This document shows, one piece after another, positions 61,101-64,000 of a stretch of 64,000 nucleotides of DNA. Under the pieces are notes generated by a model. That model ran no database searches. It was not told the DNA's origin and saw only the letters and a program-made list of their open reading frames with translations. The stretch's first letter is position 1. Each line of letters starts with the position of its first letter. The translations under genes were made by a program, and so were the position numbers. Source of the DNA: Amoebophrya sp. A120 (taxonomy: Eukaryota; Protista; Dinoflagellata); assembly GCA_905178155.1 (NCBI GenBank), contig CAJINV010000012.1, positions 2,997,412-3,061,411 on the forward strand. Reading direction: 5' to 3'.

Positions 61101-63066
61101 AACCAGCATCACAAGTCATCTCCAGACATCCCCATCCAGATGAGATATTTGCGTCTGATAAACTCTGCGGCTCGTACCCGGCGTTCTCCCGATGCTCCCG
61201 CATCTTCCGCCGCATATGAGATTGCACAATTCCCCCTCGTCCCCTCATTTGTCATGCGAAATCCCAAATCCGGTGGGTGCTTTATGGCGCGGTTTGCATG
61301 ACAAATTCCGGAACAAGCTGGGACAGTACTACACTAGGCCCAGGAACTTGTCATGCACTCCTATTGCTATTCATGCCATACACAAATGAGGGGAAGCAGG
61401 GGGAGTTGTGCACCAATCTCATACCGCAGCATCTGGTGCGCGAAACGTGCCGCGGTTCGGGCCTTCGGCCCGTACGCTTGCACGTATTCTGCTATCAAGT
61501 GCAAATACGTGGGTCTGGTGCACATTTTGCATGACTCGTGATGCCTTTAATGCATGACCTAGCATCACAGATTTCTAGAGGGCTTCCTGGTGCGTGTACT
61601 GCATGACAAAAGCCCTCCCAGCGTAACACAAAGCCGCCTCCTCTTGCTGGTCATGCAATACAGATTTTTTTGGAATCCGAAGACAGCCTCACAAGTTACA
61701 ACCTTCCAGGCCCAGACATATTTGCAGTTGATATCCGCCTCGTTCTTGCATTTGTCCGCCTTTGGCTTGGTCCGCGACGCGTATTGAGAGGAAAGGTCCC
61801 CCCCATATCGAAAAGGTATGCTTCCGAAAATTTGCGTTGCTGATTTGAGACCACAGATCGTGCCTGTCTTGCAAGAAGACACGCGCAGAGGCTTCCGCGC
61901 CATTAGGGAAGCGATTTCGCATGCTGCTGGGCCTAGGGGCCGGCCGTTTGTGATGCTAAGCAACTAGATCCGAACGCCCCTACCTAGGCTGAGGATCTGG
62001 CTGCGATGCCTTAAAGCAAGGCAGCGCGCACTTGTGTACGGAAATCCAGCATCAGAAACTTCGTCGCGATATGGGGAGGGGGGATTTTTCCTTACGATAA
62101 CGCGCGCTGCCGCTTTTCGTCGGCCAACTGCTTCAGAATCTTCTTCTTATGCTCGTAGTACCGCGCGGTGGCCGCCTCTAGCTTGGAAAGCGAGAGGGAT
62201 TTTGATGCTTGTTTCTTGGATACATTGGTCTTGTTTTGTCGTGGTGCTAACAAGCTGCTGCTGTTTGGAAACTTCATGTTCTTCGCCTGGGCAGCAGCGC
62301 CGTTTGCAGCTCCAGAAGCAGAAGAGATGATCGCAGAATTGTTCAGATTTTTACTGTTCGATGACAAGACCGAGAGATTCAGAAAATCGTTTTCTCCATC
62401 ACTTTTCGCGGACACCATCGAGTCGTCGAGATTCGCGCTTTTCGCCCTATTGCTCCCTTTCGCTTTAGTTTTCAACCCGGCTGCTCCTGAAGATGCAGGA
62501 CCATCAACCCCTCCGGGCGTGAAAAACCTACTACTGCTCGTCCCCTCGGAGGATCGGGAGGAAACAACAGACTGGCGGACCCCACCCGCGTTACTAGAGT
62601 TCGATTTTTTCCTACTGGACGTCGTCCCTTTCTGCAACAAGTCTACTTTCCCGCTCTTAATAGTCGAAGAAGCTACTGAAGATTTCGAGGAAGAAGCCGG
62701 CGTTTTTTTGGCACTGTCAGGAGGAGCAGCGGACGAGGCAGCCGTGCCTGTCTTGTTGTTTTTGCTGGATGCGGCAGGACCACGACCATCATCGCCATTG
62801 GCGTTTTTAAGCTGATCTTCGGCTCGTTTCAACTTCTTCTTGTTCCCGCCTTTATTATTCTCACCCCCGGCTGCTGAACCCTCTTCGGCGTTGGAATTGT
62901 GATTGTCGCTTGCTTTCCGTTTCTTCGACGGCTCGGGTTCTTTGTCCGCTTTGCTGGTGGTCGCTTTGTCCTGCTTGGAAGTGGAAGACGGAAGAACTTT
63001 CATAGCCGTTGCTGCAGTAGCACCGGAAAGACTACTGCTCGCGGCGTCTTGTTTTTTCGGCGGCAT
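52180..63066 (-). CDS. Large protein with low-complexity termini, ankyrin-like repeats and a U-box-like segment (about 24 exons)
   Basis: One frame from MPPKKQD (63066) across 22 introners plus GT-AG intron 60225-60410; DVWGRTQYNDTPIHVLL, DACGRTILHVCA, DKLGKRAHDY; TNPRTKE...KLIPDNALREKL. Confidence 0.72.
52627..52885. mobile_element. Introner, family F
   Basis: TIR tataacgtgctca...gttacaatctcaa / ttgagattgtaac...tgagcaggtcata; DR acgtg. Confidence 0.88.
53102..53367. mobile_element. Introner, family A
   Basis: DR tgggt; body similar to 2996-3260. Confidence 0.9.
53427..53704. mobile_element. Introner, family C
   Basis: TGT...ATA; DR tgttg. Confidence 0.87.
53851..54026. mobile_element. Introner, D-related short family
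   Basis: aaaagtatc/gatactttt TIR; DR tcgac. Confidence 0.8.
54231..54540. mobile_element. Introner, family E
   Basis: DR acagg/acagt. Confidence 0.88.
54588..54840. mobile_element. Introner, family A
   Basis: TAT...GTA; DR gtttt. Confidence 0.87.
55115..55263. mobile_element. Introner, family D (reverse orientation relative to 5744)
   Basis: DR cctct/cctcc. Confidence 0.85.
55344..55609. mobile_element. Introner, family C
   Basis: DR gggct. Confidence 0.88.
56217..56474. mobile_element. Introner, family F
   Basis: DR ttctt; related to 52627-52885. Confidence 0.88.
56805..57069. mobile_element. Introner, family A
   Basis: DR cgtgc. Confidence 0.9.
57258..57543. mobile_element. Introner, family C
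   Basis: DR tccgt. Confidence 0.87.
58045..58200. mobile_element. Introner, D-related
   Basis: TIR tatgcattgcaaaa / ttttgcaatgcata; only gcg shared in the flanks. Confidence 0.8.
58448..58717. mobile_element. Introner, family A
   Basis: TGT...ATA; DR tgccc. Confidence 0.87.
58921..59069. mobile_element. Degenerate short introner
   Basis: tatcac/gtgata ends, gcattacaaa motif, no clear DR. Confidence 0.65.
59120..59381. mobile_element. Introner, family A
   Basis: DR gatca. Confidence 0.9.
59477..59736. mobile_element. Introner, family A
   Basis: DR ccaat/ccagt. Confidence 0.87.
59834..60138. mobile_element. Introner, C-related singleton family
   Basis: TIR tattacaatgaaaaatgcccccacccc / ggggtgggggcttttctcactgtaata; DR ccgcg. 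Confidence 0.85.
60477..60719. mobile_element. Introner, family A
   Basis: TGT...ATA; DR tgggc. Confidence 0.85.
60851..61160. mobile_element. Introner, family A (diverged)
   Basis: DR gcctc/aactc. Confidence 0.78.
61215..61423. mobile_element. Introner, family G
   Basis: TIR tatgagattgcacaattccccct / agggggagttgtgcaccaatctcata; DR ccgca. Confidence 0.88.
61493..61733. mobile_element. Introner, family A
   Basis: DR tctgc/tccgc. Confidence 0.85.
61782..62099. mobile_element. Introner, family B
   Basis: DR acgcg. Confidence 0.88.
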
Positions 63067-63589
63067 TTTTGTGTAGGAGGGGTGTAGGCCTATTTTCACG
63101 CGTTGTCCAGCAGTAGTGGTTATTATTTCTCTCTTTCACGTCGTCGTGGTCCGCGAACTTTGAGGCGCGGTCGGATGGGAAACCGGTTGCAATAGGGGAG
63201 TCCGTCGGATGAAAGGTGGCGGCGTTTGTTGTCACACCGTGGGAGGTACAACTTTCGAATTGGCCGGCGAAATCTTGGTGCGGGCGGGGGGAGGGAGCAA
63301 AAGTGGCGTAACGTGGTAGTGGTACCCCAGCAATAAATAAGTATTTTGAAACCCTAAAAACCCACTGTGAAAAAGAGCGCCGCGCGTGCGATGCTTGGCC
63401 AATTGTTGATGCGTCTTGGTTGTTCACTCCGGGGGGACGGGGAGGCGCCGGTAGCGGGACCCGCGCACACCCGAACGGGGAAAGAACCAACCTCACTAGC
63501 GTCTCTCACACTCGAACTCGCTCTACTGCGCCACCCTCAGAAGGCTTCCCGGTCTTGAAAGTGGGACGGGCTCTCTCGTTCTCAGATCG

Positions 63590-64000
63590 CGGCCCCGGCG
63601 TATTCGGGGACCATAAGGAAATGCTCGCGCGCATTGCGCGCCGCCGAATCGGCCGCCGCACGGGTCCCCGGGGGGCGCCGCCGCTAGCCTTCGGGGACCC
63701 ACCGCCGCGGCCGAAGGTCGCTGCGGCCGCGCCGAAAGTTCGCAAGCCGCTCGGGGCCGGTTTTGTGGGCCATTCGCCGCGCCAGATCGACCCGCGGACG
63801 GGGCCCGGAAGAAGCGGGCGCGATCGGATGTGGCAGTCGCGCCGGAACCCCCCCCCCCCGCGGCGCCGCTCGTATCAGCGGCGCCGCTCTTTGAAAATCC
63901 CTGGGCGCTGGGTGGCTGCCGCAGCCTTGTCCCTCAGGCCCCAATGTGGTGGGTGCTCCCGTTCTAGTTGCCGCCTGGTTCCGGCGACGCACTTGGGCCG
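63590..64000. promoter_or_regulatory. Second GC/CpG-rich island upstream of the minus-strand gene run (truncated by window end)
   Basis: Very high GC, no credible protein, same character as 14170-15090. Confidence 0.38.

Noticed and set aside
2867-61963. Many short ORFs sharing peptides such as CIANMSGSGR, FQTQTYL, LPDPDIFA and KGKIPPP, which could look like a repeat-protein family
   Set aside because: They are translations of introner TIRs in different frames and strands, not proteins.

Overview
This is eukaryotic DNA, not prokaryotic. By inference it comes from an Amoebophrya-like parasitic dinoflagellate (Syndiniales), because the gene and intron architecture matches what is established for that group. 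I reconstructed ten split protein-coding genes by hand, all on the minus strand: a 2-TM coiled-coil protein (partial), USP14/Ubp6, an F-box-like protein, two Gly-rich cold-shock proteins, a membrane protein with an EF-hand-like tail, a BT1 folate/biopterin transporter, a NodB/CE4 polysaccharide deacetylase, a large protein with a divergent PARP-like domain, and a large ankyrin/U-box-like protein. The dominant feature is about 65 MITE-like introner elements, mostly 140-340 bp, in at least 7 families. Almost all start TAT and end ATA, carry terminal inverted repeats (TIRs), are flanked by 5-bp direct repeats (DRs), and share an internal GCAT(G/C/T)ACA motif. Removing the element plus one DR copy restores the reading frame in nearly every case, usually without GT-AG ends, and in either element orientation. 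Also present: decayed introners that now look like GT-AG introns, a poly(A) insertion nested inside an introner, a chimeric APE-type non-LTR retroelement with a 43-bp target-site duplication (TSD), two GC islands, and a weak snRNA-like structured RNA candidate. Exon joins were read by eye and need RNA-seq confirmation.
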